From NCBI GenBank assembly GCA_010909165.1, contig VJWM01000314.1, positions 19,046-83,045 of the forward strand: a stretch of 64,000 nucleotides of DNA, given 5' to 3'. The stretch is from Anthoceros angustus. Lineage: Eukaryota; Plantae; Anthocerotophyta. The translations under genes and the position numbers were made by a program. Every line of letters begins with the position of its first letter. Positions within the stretch are counted from its first letter, which is position 1. The notes beneath the pieces are model-generated. The model had not been told where the DNA came from, searched no databases, and saw only the letters and a program-made list of their open reading frames with translations. Below, in pieces: positions 36,991-50,560 of this stretch.

Positions 36991-39900
36991 TCACGATGTG
37001 CAACCAGAAAAACTCCAAAGCCCGATGCTGCAGCGACAAAAATGCAAAGCAAGCGCACAATCGAGCACAAAAACTAACACGAGAACACTACTTTAAGGCG
37101 GTGGTGGCGCTAAAAGCACAAGAACTAAAGTGCTAGCGGCGAACTACTAGACTGAAGACACTGGCTCGCTTAAAACGCAGGCGCTGCGGTCTAACCCTGC
37201 TTAGTACAACTAGAAACATACTATGAGACACAAGGGCAGTTAAAATGAACATAATACAGCCCAGCGACCAAAGCCAACAAAGGGGCAACAAAAGCCTTGG
37301 ATAAACACGGACCCGGGCAAAGACACCCTCACCTTGGACCTAGACCTCTTTCATTGAAAACCAACCTTCAACGAGAAACCTTGGCATTGAAAAACTTCAG
37401 AACCTTGGAGTTTGAACAAGGGCGTGAAATGGCCTTAACCTTTTAAGAGGTGAAAGAACCTTGGCCCAAAAACTTAAAACTTGACCTTAGCAAGGCTTGG
37501 ACCACCTTGGACACACGACTACAAAAGGCCTATCCTTGGACAAGAGCTGAAAGAACCATGGCCGGCCAGTAAAACTAGACACTCTCCGCGGCAAAGCCTC
37601 GGCTCCTTGGACTACGAAGAAGCGAGAAGGACTTAAGCACCACAGCTAAAAACACATGCTCAACCAAGCGGTAAAGAGGAGCAATACGAAGAAGGAACAA
37701 TGATGTAAAAACACAACAGCGGAACAAAGGTGGCGAACTTTCACCTGGCCTTCGGAGGCAATGACACTGTCACAACAAGCCTCGAGGCGGCGTTTGGCAA
37801 AGCAATGACCATAGATTATATATCAGGAACCTTAGCCGGAAGACCCTAACGTAAAATAAAGCACGCCTTCAAGCGGCGTAGCAACAACGAGACTCCTCAC
37901 GCGCGACCCTGCTCTTCCTCTTCTCCTTCTCCTTCTCCTTCCCTTGCCTTTTCCCTCGAGGCATGGTGGCTTCTCAAGTGTTGAGGAGCTTCTCCTTCTC
38001 CTTCTCCTTCTCCTTCTCCTTCTCCTCCTCCTCCTCCTCCTCCTCCTCCTCCTCCTCCTCCTCCTCCTCCTCCTCCTCCTCCTCCTCCTCCTCCTCCTCC
38101 TCCTCCTCCTCCTCCTCCTCTTCTCCTTCTCCTTCTCCTTCTCCTTCTCCTTCTCCTCTTCCTCTTCTCCTCCTCCTCCTCTTCTCGCTAGAGCGAATGA
38201 TGATGCACACCGAAAAACAACCAAACACAATCAAAACTCAAAACAATAAAACAAATTGAACATGCAGGACATGACGGAAGTCACACAACGGATAAGGAAA
38301 AAGAAATATGAAATAAACACCAAGCTTAGGAAAACACAAAACAAATCAAAATTCTGAGCTTAAGTGGTTTCTATGTTGACTTGATCGGTCTCGATTCGGT
38401 GGTTTCTTGTTCTAAACAAACAAAGACGTCCTACCCTTACCAACTTCTCTTGGACTTACGAACAACAATCGTAAACACGACAAATAACACATGCATGAAG
38501 AGAGACAATACAAAAACAAGGCGAGATAACATGAGCGAAAAAAGCGATGAAAGAACAAAACATCAGGGGCGTAACAACTACAATGATGGTGCCCAGGACC
38601 TGACAGAGCACAAACAATCGAGCACAAAAACTAACCTATAAAACATAAGAAATTAACACTAAAAACAAACATTTAAGAACTCAAAACACAGCATGTCGAT
38701 TTGGGACACATGTTTCTGAGACCAATGGTACTCTGTGTTCTTACGTCGAGAACACGTCGTCACGAGCGTCTCGGCCCGATACTTCTTCAGAAACAAAAAA
38801 AACACCAAAGAAACGCAGTTTGCAAGCACGAAGATGTTGAGGAGGCGAACGACGACAACATGCAAATCACGATGTGCAACCAGAAAAACTCCAAAGCCCG
38901 ATGCTGCAGCGACAAAAATGCAAAGCAAGCGCACAATCGAGCACAAAAACTAACACGAGAACACTACTTTAAGGCGGTGGTGGCGCTAAAAGCACAAGAA
39001 CTAAAGTGCTAGCGGCGAACTACTAGACTGAAGACACTGGCTCGCTTAAAACGCAGGCGCTGCGGTCTAACCCTGCTTAGTACAACTAGAAACATACTAT
39101 GAGACACAAGGGCAGTTAAAATGAACATAATACAGCCCAGCGACCAAAGCCAACAAAGGGGCAACAAAAGCCTTGGATAAACACGGACCCGGGCAAAGAC
39201 ACCCTCACCTTGGACCTAGACCTCTTTCATTGAAAACCAACCTTCAACGAGAAACCTTGGCATTGAAAAACTTCAGAACCTTGGAGTTTGAACAAGGGCG
39301 TGAAATGGCCTTAACCTTTTAAGAGGTGAAAGAACCTTGGCCCAAAAACTTAAAACTTGACCTTAGCAAGGCTTGGACCACCTTGGACACACGACTACAA
39401 AAGGCCTATCCTTGGACAAGAGCTGAAAGAACCATGGCCGGCCAGTAAAACTAGACACTCTCCGCGGCAAAGCCTCGGCTCCTTGGACTACGAAGAAGCG
39501 AGAAGGACTTAAGCACCACAGCTAAAAACACATGCTCAACCAAGCGGTAAAGAGGAGCAATACGAAGAAGGAACAATGATGTAAAAACACAACAGCGGAA
39601 CAAAGGTGGCGAACTTTCACCTGGCCTTCGGAGGCAATGACACTGTCACAACAAGCCTCGAGGCGGCGTTTGGCAAAGCAATGACCATAGATTATATATC
39701 AGGAACCTTAGCCGGAAGACCCTAACGTAAAATAAAGCACGCCTTCAAGCGGCGTAGCAACAACGAGACTCCTCACGGACATATAAAGCTCGGACACAAA
39801 GGCGCGGAACCTTGGCGCCTTGAGCCTCTGGGTCGAAAAAAGGCGTTGGACACAGTAAGACCTTATATAGCCAAAGAAACCTAGCCCTTCTCTCCTTCTC

Positions 39901-40900
39901 CTTCTCCTTCCTCGGCGGCGATGGCGATGGCGGCTCTTCTCCTCTTCTCCTTCTCTCCTCCTCCTCTTCCTCCATTCGAAGGAGGGCGCAGCACTTTGCC
40001 CTCTTTTGGATGCGCCACACTGCACAACCCTAGATTGGTTCATCATTCCAAAATCCTAATTCTACTACCTATTTTCCTATTTTCCGCTATCTAATTAATC
40101 TTTCTAATTACTCTATATATTTATTCCCTATTGGTGAGCATATATAGTGGATATCCCCCTATTCTAATTTCCTTTTTGGCGAGATTCGTCCTACCGCGGT
40201 GATGCGACACATGATGATGCGCTTCTTTCGACCTACGGTGTGGCGACCTACGTGATGCCTGCCGACCTACCAACCTTCAACAGAACCTTGGCATTGAAAG
40301 GAAACTTTAGAACCTTGGAGTTTGAACAAAGGGCGTGAAATGGCCTTAACCTTTTAAGAGGTTGAAAGAACCTTGGCCCAAAAACTTAAAACTTGACCTA
40401 GCACCACCTTGGACTTGACGACTACAAAAGGCCTATCCTTGGACAGAGCCTTAAGAACCATGGCCGGAAAGTAAAACTAGACTCTCCGCCTTGAGGCAAA
40501 GCCTCGGCTCCTTGGACTACTGAAAAGCGAGAAGGACTTAAGCACACGGCTAAAAACACATGCTCAACCAAAGCGGTAAAGAAGGAGCAATACGAAGAAG
40601 GATGTAAACACAACAGCCATGAACAAAGGTAGCGAACTTTCACCTGGCGGCCATACACCCATCCAAGCGCTTGAGGCGGCGTTTGGCAAAGCAGCGGCCA
40701 TAGGTCGCCACAGGAACCTTAGCCTTGGGGAAGACCCTAACGTAAAATAAAGCACGCCTTCAAGCGGCGTAACAACACAGACTCCTCACGGACAAAAGCT
40801 CGGACACAAAAGCGCGGAACCTTGGCCTCAGACCTGGGTCGAAAAGGCGTTGGACACAGTAAGACCTTATATAGCCAAAGAAACCCTAGCCCTTCTCTCT
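36987..40900 (-). repeat. Unclassified A-rich repeat X (possibly the LTR or leader of another element): copies at 36987-37901 and ~38190-39890, plus a diverged copy at ~40270-40900
   Basis: 36987-37901 appears identical to 38863-39777 (915 bp). It contains many ACCTTGG motifs, a minus-strand CTATATAAGG at ~39862-39871 and ~40865-40874, and no convincing ORF. Confidence 0.6.
37990..38180. repeat. Compound microsatellite (TTCTCC)n-(TCC)~32-(TTCTCC)n
   Basis: Read directly from the sequence. Confidence 0.95.
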
Positions 40901-41484
40901 CTACGTGCCGCCACTCTCATCTGGACATCTTTGAATTTACCAAACACGGAAATCCAAACCTAACTCAAACCTTTCTAGTGCATGGTCGCCGCCTCGGCTT
41001 CCAAACCTAAGTTAAGCTCACCAAACCTAACCAACCTTACCCAACTAACCCGAACCTCGAAGCGGGCGCGGCAAAGCGAAGCTCGGCGAATCGAGAAATA
41101 GCCCCGTGGGCCTTGGCAAAGCATCGAACCTAACCTATCCCTATTTAAACCACTACCCCCCTCGCGTTCTCCTCCTCTTCCTCTCACTTGACCGGTAGCC
41201 GCCATTGCCCCAGTTGAGCTCGGTCCGCATCGTCGCCACCGCCATCCGTGCTTGATGATAGTCGAAAATTTTCGGTGGGGGTTTTTTCATGTGCGGTGCA
41301 ACTCCGTGGCGACGCGATTGGAAGTTGCAGCCAATCTGGACATCTTGCAAAGGTATGGTGGTGAAGACATCCGGCTTTCGGACAAGAAGGTCCGGCTAAC
41401 TTCGCTTCACGATTGCGGTGGCTTTTTCTTGGTGATTTGGACTTTTGTTGCGGTAATGGAGACTTCTTCTTCACAGGCGCCCTC

Positions 41485-44400
41485 TTGCCTTCCTAACAAT
41501 ATCCTACAACTCCGACTTCAAGATTCTCGAAAATTTTCTGCATCCTCTTCAATCGTTCTAGCCAAAAAAATCAAACTTGTTTGTCTTGGCTCTTTTGGGC
41601 TGGTTGCCCAAACTTTGCGTTCCACATACTCCCCACCTCACTGTTTGCGTCCTGCAAACAGTACTCGGGTTGAAGGTACTTCTTGACCTTCCACCCATTC
41701 ACTACGGTCGGCAACATTCGCCACCTAATGCGGAGTTACGGATCCATTCTCGTATCTGCTTCCACCTCGTAGGTCCCATCCATCTCCCTAAGCTTCCACA
41801 GGAAAGTCTAGGTACTATCATATAGAAGAACCAAATCCCGTCCACGATAGCCTGCTTCCTCAACCTTCCCATCATGCCGATCTTTTACGAGTTCACGAAT
41901 CCATTTTCTCCTCTAAAGCATCTCCCTCTTCCTCTGCTCTATGAGATTCTAGTCTAGCTACGACTATCCTCTGATCATCGTTCATCCTCCATGATCTGTG
42001 GGTAGGTACTTCAAATTCCACGGGCATCACGGTGACATGCCATCGTTAGATAATAAGGGTCTTCTTGGTGGTTACCTTCTCCAGTCCTGTAAGCCCCACA
42101 ATCTTGAATGCAACTTAGCATCCCAATCATACATGATGGTGCCCCAATCGCTTGGCTCCCATGAAATCTTCCACAAAATTGGAGGAAGTTGGTCTTTGAA
42201 ATAAAGTCGTTGGTAATTTACCAACCCCAGCACAATCTTTGCGAAGAGCCTCCACTTGACTCCTTGATGCTCTCTCTTCCGACCATTCTTGGCGTGGGCC
42301 TTTTCCTCCTCCATCCATCATGTCGAGGAACTCTGCGGGATGTCGAGAGGGCCGTCCTCTTCCCTCCATTGACCTTTCGAGGAGAGCAATTCGAGCTCTC
42401 CTCCTCCTCTTCCTCTCACTTGTGAAGTCCAGAGGATCCGTTCGAGCATTCCTCGGTAGCGGCAGGCGCCGATTGATGGAGGTTGATGTAACACTCCTCA
42501 ATCAATTCCAAATTGGTGTAGGCCCATTGGCGGCCATACACCCATCCAATTGGATGTTCTCTCCTCCTCCTTGCGAAAATCACAAAATCTGGGGTTGCTG
42601 CCGCAAGTGAATTGGGGCATCACAAGCTCATCCTCTTCCTCCTCCTCCTCCTCCTCCTCTTCCTCCCTCGAGGGAGCCCTTGGCTCCTTCCCTTGCCTTT
42701 TCCCTCGAGGCATGGTGGCTCCTTCCCTTGCCTTTTCTTCTTTGGTCTTCTCCTCCTCCTCCTCCTCCTCCTCCTCCTCCTCCTCCTCCTCCTCCTCCTC
42801 CTCCTCCTCCTCCTCCTCCTCCTCCTCCTCCTCCTCCTCCTCCTCCTCCTCCTCCTCCTCCTCCTCCTCCTCCTCCTCCTCCTCCTCCTCCTCCTCCTCC
42901 TCCTCCTCCTCCTCCTCCTCCTCCTCCTCCTCCTCCTCCTCCTCCTCCTCCTCCTCCTCCTCCTCCTCCTCCTCCTCTTCCTCTCGGTGGCTCGTCGGCG
43001 ATGGCGATGGCTTCTCCTCCTCCTCCTCCTCCTCCTCCTCCTCCTCTTCCTCAATGCAAAGCAAGCGCACTTTGCCCTCTTGGATGTGCCACACGGCCCA
43101 ACCCTAGATTGGTTCATCATTCCAAAATCCTAATTCTATCTAAACTACCTATTTTCCTACTATCCCTAATTACTTTCTAATTACTCTATATATTTATTCC
43201 CTATTGGTGAGCATATATAGTGGATATCCCCCTATTCTAATTTCCTTTTTGGCGAGATTGTCACCTACCACGGTGATACGCGACTTACATGATGGTGCTT
43301 CCTTTTCTCGACCTACGGCGTGGTGTGGCGACCTACGGCGTGGTGGCGACCTACCAACCTTTGGGCCCTCACGCCCAAATGCGGTCGTTTTGACCCGTTC
43401 TTCTTCTGGGATATCCTCTTGCCTTCCTAACAATATCCTACAACTCCGACTTCAAGATTCTCGAGAAAAATTTCTGGCATGCTCCTCTTCAATCGTTCTA
43501 GCCAAAAAAATCAAACTTGTTTGTCTTGGCTCTTTTGGGCTGGTTGCCCAAACTTTGCGTTCCACATACTCCCCACCTCACTGTTTGCGTCCTGCAAACA
43601 GTACTCGGGTTGAAGGTACTTCTTGACCTTCCACCCATTCACTACGGTCGGCAACATTCGCCACCTAATGCGGAGTTACGGATCCATTCTCGTATCTGCT
43701 TCCACCTCGTAGGTCCCATCCATCTCCCTAAGCTTCCACAGGAAAGTCTAGGTACTATCATATAGAAGAACCAAATCCCGTCCACGATAGCCTGCTTCCT
43801 CAACCTTCCCATCATGCCGATCTTTTACGAGTTCACGAATCCATTTCTCCTCTAAAGCATCTCCCTCTTCCTCTGCTCTATGAGATTCTAGTCTAGCTAC
43901 GACTATCCTCTGATCATCGTTCATCCTCCATGATCTGTGGTAGGTACTTCAAATTCCACGGGCATCACGGTGACATGCCATCGTTAGATAATAAGGGTCT
44001 TCTTGGTGGTTACCTTCTCCAGTCCTGTAAGCCCCACAATCTTGAATGCAACTTAGCATCCCAATCATACATGTGTGTTGATTACCTTGGTGAGGATTGT
44101 GCACCCGTTCGTCTTCTCCGTCAATCCTTGCCTTTGGGGTTGTAGGGGTCGTCTTCGATGCGAATGTTGAAGTAGGTGGTTAGGGACTCAGCGACGAGTT
44201 GAGGAAATGTGTCCCGTCATGACCAACTCTAAAGGACATCCGTACCTCGTTATGATGTTCTCGAATAAAAACTTTGCCAGGTCGTCGTCCTTCCTTCGCT
44301 TGCTTCCACCATCTTCGTGCAATAATCCGTAGCCACCAAAATGTCTTCCTTGTCCATTGCGTTGGTGGTTTGATTGGTCCTCTGAAATCGATTCCCCACT

Positions 44401-47400
44401 TCTCGAAGGTGCTAAGTAGATGTAGGTAAGAGGCCATTGTGTGATAGCGGCGCCCAACCCTCGACGCATCACACCTCGGTGAACTCCACACATCCCGTAG
44501 CCCACGAACCACGCATTCAAAATCTTCTTAACGGTCACTGCGAATAGTGTCCACCGCCTCTCGCATGTAGTGCCTCGTGTGGCCAGTCAGCCTCTTAACC
44601 GAGACACCTCCGGATCTTCGTCCGGCCCAAGCTTATACGCCTTCCCTTAGGCAATAGGCGAGGCTTTATGGAGAAAAACGCCCCTCCTGGACCCCGGCAT
44701 GATTCCATGCTCCGGAACTTGCGTACTTCATCAGCAGATATCTTGGGCATGAACGCCCCTCACGTTCTAATCTCCTCCTTCCGGGCATACTCGTCTCCTC
44801 TTCGTCCGTTAGTAGCCCGGTGGCGTGGATCCATCTTCAATCCCGCCTTCTGCTCCTCCTTCTCCTTCTCCTTCTCCTTCTCCTTCTCCTTCTCCTTCTC
44901 CTTCTCCTTCTTGGTCAATTGTGTCAACAAGGCTGCCTTCTTGCTCATTTGGCCTCTCCTTCTCCTTCTCCTTCTCCTTCTCGGTGATTTCCCATGAATC
45001 CATCTCCTTCTCCTGCAGTCTTCTTCAAACTTGTCATGGGGTGCATCTCCTTCCTTTTGCCAACTCGTGGCCTCCACTTGCAGCCCTCCTGCTCACCCTT
45101 GAGAGCATTCCAGCCTCCTCCTCGCGCCCATCTGGCGCCATCCTATCTCCGGTTCCAGTTGTCCTGCTGCGGCTTTTCACACTGCGCTCCCTTCTTGCTC
45201 ATTTGGCCTCTCTGGCAACAAGACTTGCTGATCAATTCTTAGGCCGTCTACAACATGCTCACGTCCTCCCCTTGACCCAGGTGGCGACCAACTCCTCGTC
45301 GAAATCGGTCGTGGCCTCAAGTCGCTCTCCGGTTTTGGAAGAAATCAGCATTTTGATGTTGCTTCCAGCCTAGTTTCGTCGTAATCAAACTCTTGCAGCA
45401 TAGTACCCATCGGCAATCCTTCACGACAAAATCGGCTTGTTGACAAGATACTTCAGCAAAATGGTCAACATGAAGCGTCACCTTGCAAGCAAGCGGATAG
45501 TGTCTAAACTTCTTACGAGTAAATGATACCAAGACCCTCCCGCTCCGTGGTTGAGTAGTTCTTCGTCGTGACATCTCGCATAGAAAATCGGATGATCCGT
45601 TTCTTCTCGTCCTTAACGGTCCCAATGGCATAAGCGGACACATCCATACATGAAGCGGTTTCTCCCAATCCGGCGGTTGTATAACGTTGGCGCTCACCAG
45701 CATCCTTCAGCTGAAAAGCCTCTCTTGCATTGGTCCATTCGAAGGTGTATCCTTCTTGGTCAATTGTGTCAACAAGGCTGCCTTCTTGGCGAAATCCTTG
45801 ATGAACCTCTGTAATACCCTACCAGTCCTACAAAAGCACGCTTTGCCTCACCGTTTGTGGTGCGTCCATCTCGACTATACTTGCTTTCTCCTTATCTACA
45901 GCAATCCTCTTAGAGACTCGATGTGCTAACAAAATGCCCTCCGTCATACCAAAATAACACTTCCCGGATGAAGTTTCATGTTCGACTCTGCATACGAAAA
46001 CATTGTCTCAAATGGTCTAGATGCGTTTCTCCTCCCAAACACGAAATCATCCGGAATACCTCCATGAACTTCCAAAAATCTCGAATATCGCGTTCACCAC
46101 TTTGAAAGTGGCGGGGCATTGCACAACCGAAGGGAGCTTGAATAAGCGTAAGTTCCCAATCCGTTGTGAATGTTGTCTTGTCTGATCCTCCTTCCATGAT
46201 TGTACCGAATACTCAAGCCACATCTCATACTCATGTCCTGCTGTCCATGAAAGGTAGAGGGTGATGATCCTTCTTCGTTGCTTCATTGAGCTTCCTGAAA
46301 TCTTGGCATACCCGAACCTTTCCCTGCTGCTTCTTTGGTACAATCACGATGGGCGACCCACTCGCTGGTGAGCACTGGATAAATTACCCCAGCCTCCAAA
46401 TATTGGTCGAGCTGATCCTTAACAACCATGGAATACTTGGGATTCGTGCTTGATCCTCACAGTCTTGCCCTCCTTCAAGTCGATTCGATGTATTCCCAGT
46501 TCTTCCGGTATTCCTGTCATGTCAGTAATCTTGAAGGCAAACACATCGACATACTCCCTAAGCACACTACGAAACTCCTCTTTTTCTATTTGTCCTAGGT
46601 ACCTAGATTTCTTGACTACCTTACTCGGTTCTAACTCTAAGTCCTCTACAGCATCGGGATCTACATATGTTCCCTTCGGGCTACATCTTGGTTCGGATCC
46701 CTCCTCGGAAAATCTCGATCATAGGCTTTACCCTTCCAAAAGGCTACTCCCCTCTATGTGCCTCATCTTGACTCTTCTCGACTTCCTCTAAGCAGTACAC
46801 CAAAATCACTCTTTATTTTGACCTCGGTGAAGGACCCGATATGCTCAGTCCTTTGCAGGAGCTTACCCCGTGCTACAGGGTGTACCCATCGGTGGGACGG
46901 ACTCCCCTCATAGGAGCCTTGCTCCATGACACAAAAGCGATCGTCCCTCTCTTGGACTTGAAGGTGATGCCACTCGACCAAAATCAAAACACATGCGTAC
47001 CATACAACCAAGGCCTACCTATCAAAACCTTATAGCCTAAATCCGACGCATCACAATGTAGGTAAGATGGAAGGTGAGACCCCAATCAGGTTGGTACATT
47101 CTTCACTCCCAATGGCTCCTTGTTTGGCCATCCATAAAACACTCGGGCGGGTGAAACTCGGTGAACCCAAGTTGATGAGTTTGTCTCCTCGTCATCAAGT
47201 TGACTCCGATCCGAATCTAATGGCACATTGGGCACCAAACATCCAATTTCAACCTCAATCTCGGGTGCCCCAAATCAACAAGTTCGACCACATTTACCTC
47301 CAGGCGTTTCTCACTCCCACTACTTGAGATTCCCCGATCGCCTCCTTCACAATTTTGCGGGATCTCGGACTCACATGCAAGCATCTCAGCCCGACCACAA

Positions 47401-48537
47401 ATTCGCGGTCAAGTCGTCGTGGCGGAGATCTTATCGACAAGGTTTCCTCCCGTTTGCAGCCACAGCGCTGGTCGACTCCGACCTTATTGGTAAAGTTCGA
47501 TTCCATGATCCCTCTCGGTGGGACCCTATACAGCGGATCAACCTCACGCTTCTTCCGTCGGGTGAGCTGTTAGCTCATCCTCCCGGCGCCGCGCCCCGGT
47601 GATATCGGGAGGAAGGTGAGTCGTCCCTCACCTTCCTCCTTCCTTGGCCCTTCTTCGCCCGCCCTCGGGGTATGCTGTCTACCCGTAGTGCCGGTGGGGT
47701 GATGCACTGCTTCGGTTGGGTGGGCCCGTTCCTTCTCCTTCTCACCGCGCAGCGTCTCGGAGGCCAAGGTGAGTCGTCCCTCACCTTCCTCCTTCCTCCT
47801 TCCTCCACACGCCCGTTTTCCACCGGCCTTTCTCCGTGCTCCGATCGGTGGTCACCTTGGCCACCATCAATCCTTCATCCGCTCATCTCTCCTTTACCCT
47901 TCCTCCACAATTCCGATGTCACCTGGATTGAGAAATCATACTCCGCTCCACCTTGACATGGCGTGGTCATGTCGGTTTGATTGGGCGTGCCTCCTCTGCA
48001 GCTCGTGAACGACCCAGTGGTGGTGCCACTCGCCACGACACACAGGATCCCCATCTTATGTCCCAATTCCTTGCACTTGACAAAGGGTACATAACCCACT
48101 TGCTTCGTGGTTACGGGCATTCGTTTGAGTAGTGACTGCTCCATAATTATACATCACAGAATCGCCATCGGCCTGATGGATCGGTCTCCATGGTCTGGCG
48201 ATCGTCGGTCGCGATCCATACCTTGAGGGGGGTGTAGGTTGGTAAGTCGCCCTCATTGGAGGTGGCCGACTTCGATGTGGCTTGCACACAAAGCTTCATC
48301 CACATACCAATAAGTCACGGCATGACGGTTTCCACATGATTTACCGTATGGTGCGAATACATTCCATTGGTGTGTCCCGTTTGATGACAAATTGAGCAAT
48401 ACACCAACTGTCTCGCCGGTGAGGGAGATCTTTGTGGAGCTTGATTCTTCACAGCTTTGACCTCTAACTCGGTCAATCTCTTGGTTAAAGCCTCCACTTG
48501 TCCCGCAATTCCTCCTCTGGCTGCGGATGTTTCTCCC
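41485..48537 (-). mobile_element. Third, more diverged copy of the gypsy family (gag C-terminus, PR, RT, RH, INT, spacer, part of the extra ORF), frameshifted
   Basis: Colinear with 14400-21035: CSICHQTGHTN (~48380), ESNFTNKVGVDQ (~47500), RT 45900-46600, FEKWGIDF (~44400), INT end (43600-43750). 41485-42130 duplicates 43420-44070, and an extra-ORF piece sits at 42130-43110. Confidence 0.88.
42751..42976. repeat. (TCC)~75 microsatellite
   Basis: Perfect trinucleotide run at a position where other copies have a complex CT-rich sequence. Confidence 0.95.
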
Positions 48538-48791
48538 TGATGAGAATCAATAGCTCTTAGATAGAAGAGAAACAATGGAATGAATTGATTAATGAGTAAA
48601 GTACAAGCCTTTAAATAGGCTGGGTGGTTGGGTGGTTACAACAATATGTTGTTGTAACCATAAGTAATTACAACCATAAGTTGTTGCAACTATAAGTTGT
48701 TGTAACTAACTACCTAAAGCCCTAGCTCTAAATTAATGTTTAAGTAATGAGGCCCTAATGAATAGTGCCCTAAGCTAGACCTATTTCATCA
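48538..48791 (-). repeat. Ty1/copia LTR (254 bp)
   Basis: TGATGA...TCATCA terminal inverted repeat and a PPT-like AGTGGGAG (minus) at 48792-48799. TATTTAAA on the minus strand near 48609-48616. The same terminus recurs at 61495 beside a Met PBS. Confidence 0.85.
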
Positions 48792-48829
48792 CTCCCACTA
48801 GTGGCAAAGGCAATGTCGGGGACGTGTAG

Positions 48830-49170
48830 CAATCATTGCATACATCAAACTCCCTACGGTGATGAGTATGGGACCTTCTCCATTTCGACTTTGTCCTCCT
48901 CGAGCTTGGGCAATCCAGCGCGAAAGTTTCACATATGGAGGCAATGGGTACCCAATGGCTTCCCCTTCTCCATGTTGAAGCGTTGAAGCACCATTAATGT
49001 ATTAAAATTAGACAAATAAAGCGGGGCGCTTATGTCACGAATCGCATGCCAAGTATACCCTCTCCCAAGTCTGTCATTTCAAAGTGAGCATTCAACTTTG
49101 ACTTCAACGAAATCTCATCGATCTTGTTCCGACAATTAGCATATCATCCACATAGAGGATCAAAATGAGG
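48830..49170 (-). pseudogene. Copia RT fragment
   Basis: LILYVDDMLI (YVDD at 49143-49154) and VLQRFNMEKGK. Confidence 0.85.
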
Positions 49171-50079
49171 TCTAAATCATAGATAGACTCACTTAATCAA
49201 AAGTTATAAGCCTAAGAAATGCTAACTTAAGCTTGATGAATAAATAAGCCTGAAATAGAAAACTTAATATGTCCACCAAAATATTCACCAGAATAAGGTT
49301 GAAAAAATAATAGCCTAAATAGCTTAAAGGCTTAAAAGAGGCCTAAAATAAATAAATGGTAAAAAAAAGGCAAATGGATAAGCCCATACGGGCTTATCCT
49401 ATGTCGGCCACGATTAGTGGGCACAAGGCGGTCGGCCGTCGGCCGCACATGCCTGCCGAGAGCGTCATTGTCGCTCCCTCTCCGCATTGTGCTCATCGCC
49501 GCGCCGCGCCCACATCGCGCCCGCCGCGCCTCGCGCCGCCGCCCACGTGGCCGCCTTGCGCCCGCTCTGGCGCTCATGTGGCTGCAGCGCCGCTTGGTGT
49601 GCTCGCCCTTTTGCATCGCGTGGTTTGTCCACATCTAATGCCATAGCGCATTCGGGTGTGATGTGCTCACTCGGTGATGCTCGCTGCTATCCTCGATTGG
49701 TGGAAAATTGAAAATGATGATATGTCCAATTGTTGCAGCCACAAATGTGGAGACTATCTCGTGTTAATATGGCACGCTTGATAGTTGATTGCATGATTTT
49801 CATTGCTCCATTTTTCATTTTCCATGTCTTGGTCTCTAAGACCAAAAGGCTAATGTGGTGGCAGGTCCTTGCTGGAGGAAGGGCGCCCCCCCGCTCCAAA
49901 GGACGAGGCCATAAAGAAAATGAAGAGAGCAAACCGAGTAGAAGAAGAAAACTTGCCGCTGCGTGAGAAAAAGGATATATTGAGCGAAGCCGCCCTGCGT
50001 CTTGTGGTATAGAGATGCACTGCGGGTGAAGAGATCCCGATGTCGGGCCCGGCCGTAATATAGGAAATGATGGAAGATC

Positions 50080-50560
50080 ACCCGCCGCACCTCCACGGTT
50101 GGAGTAGGCTTCCAGCATCTTGTTCTCATTGAAGAATACGTCGTTAGTACAAACAACCTTTCTAGCCTCTGGATCCCACAAGCGGTATCCCATCTCACGG
50201 AATCACCATAGCGCCAAAAATACATTTCTTGGACTTGGGTGCCAACTTGTCGAAACTCTTTTGGAACATGGCGGTATGCCTCACGGTAAACACTCGCGGA
50301 TGCTTGTAGGATGGTTTCTTTCGGACCATAGCTCTGGAACCTCCTCATCAACCTTCAGGAGATCTTAATAAGATGAATGAATGGTCTGCTTACCAAACCC
50401 ATTAGGCAATCCGAGCTTGACAACAAACTATGCATCCTCTCCCGTTGGTTACATTCATCGCTCGGCCACACCATTTTGTGGAGGAGTATCGGGATCGATT
50501 CTCTTTTGATTCCCTTGGAATCACGAGAATGGCGAAAGCTATGTAAAGAATATACAATTG
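50080..50560 (-). pseudogene. Copia integrase fragment (family B), duplicated at ~52550-53030
   Basis: TPPQNGVAER, EAYRHVPKE, APKSKKCIF and GYRLWDPEARKVVCTNDVFFNE. Confidence 0.85.

Noticed and set aside
40950-41135. Interstitial telomeric repeat
   Set aside because: The words are AACCTAA variants, not tandem CCCTAAA.
42498-43180. Poly-E/S/L/R/P ORFs (also at 34.8-35.4 and 37.8-38.3 kb)
   Set aside because: These are stop-free translations of microsatellites and are open in several frames on both strands.
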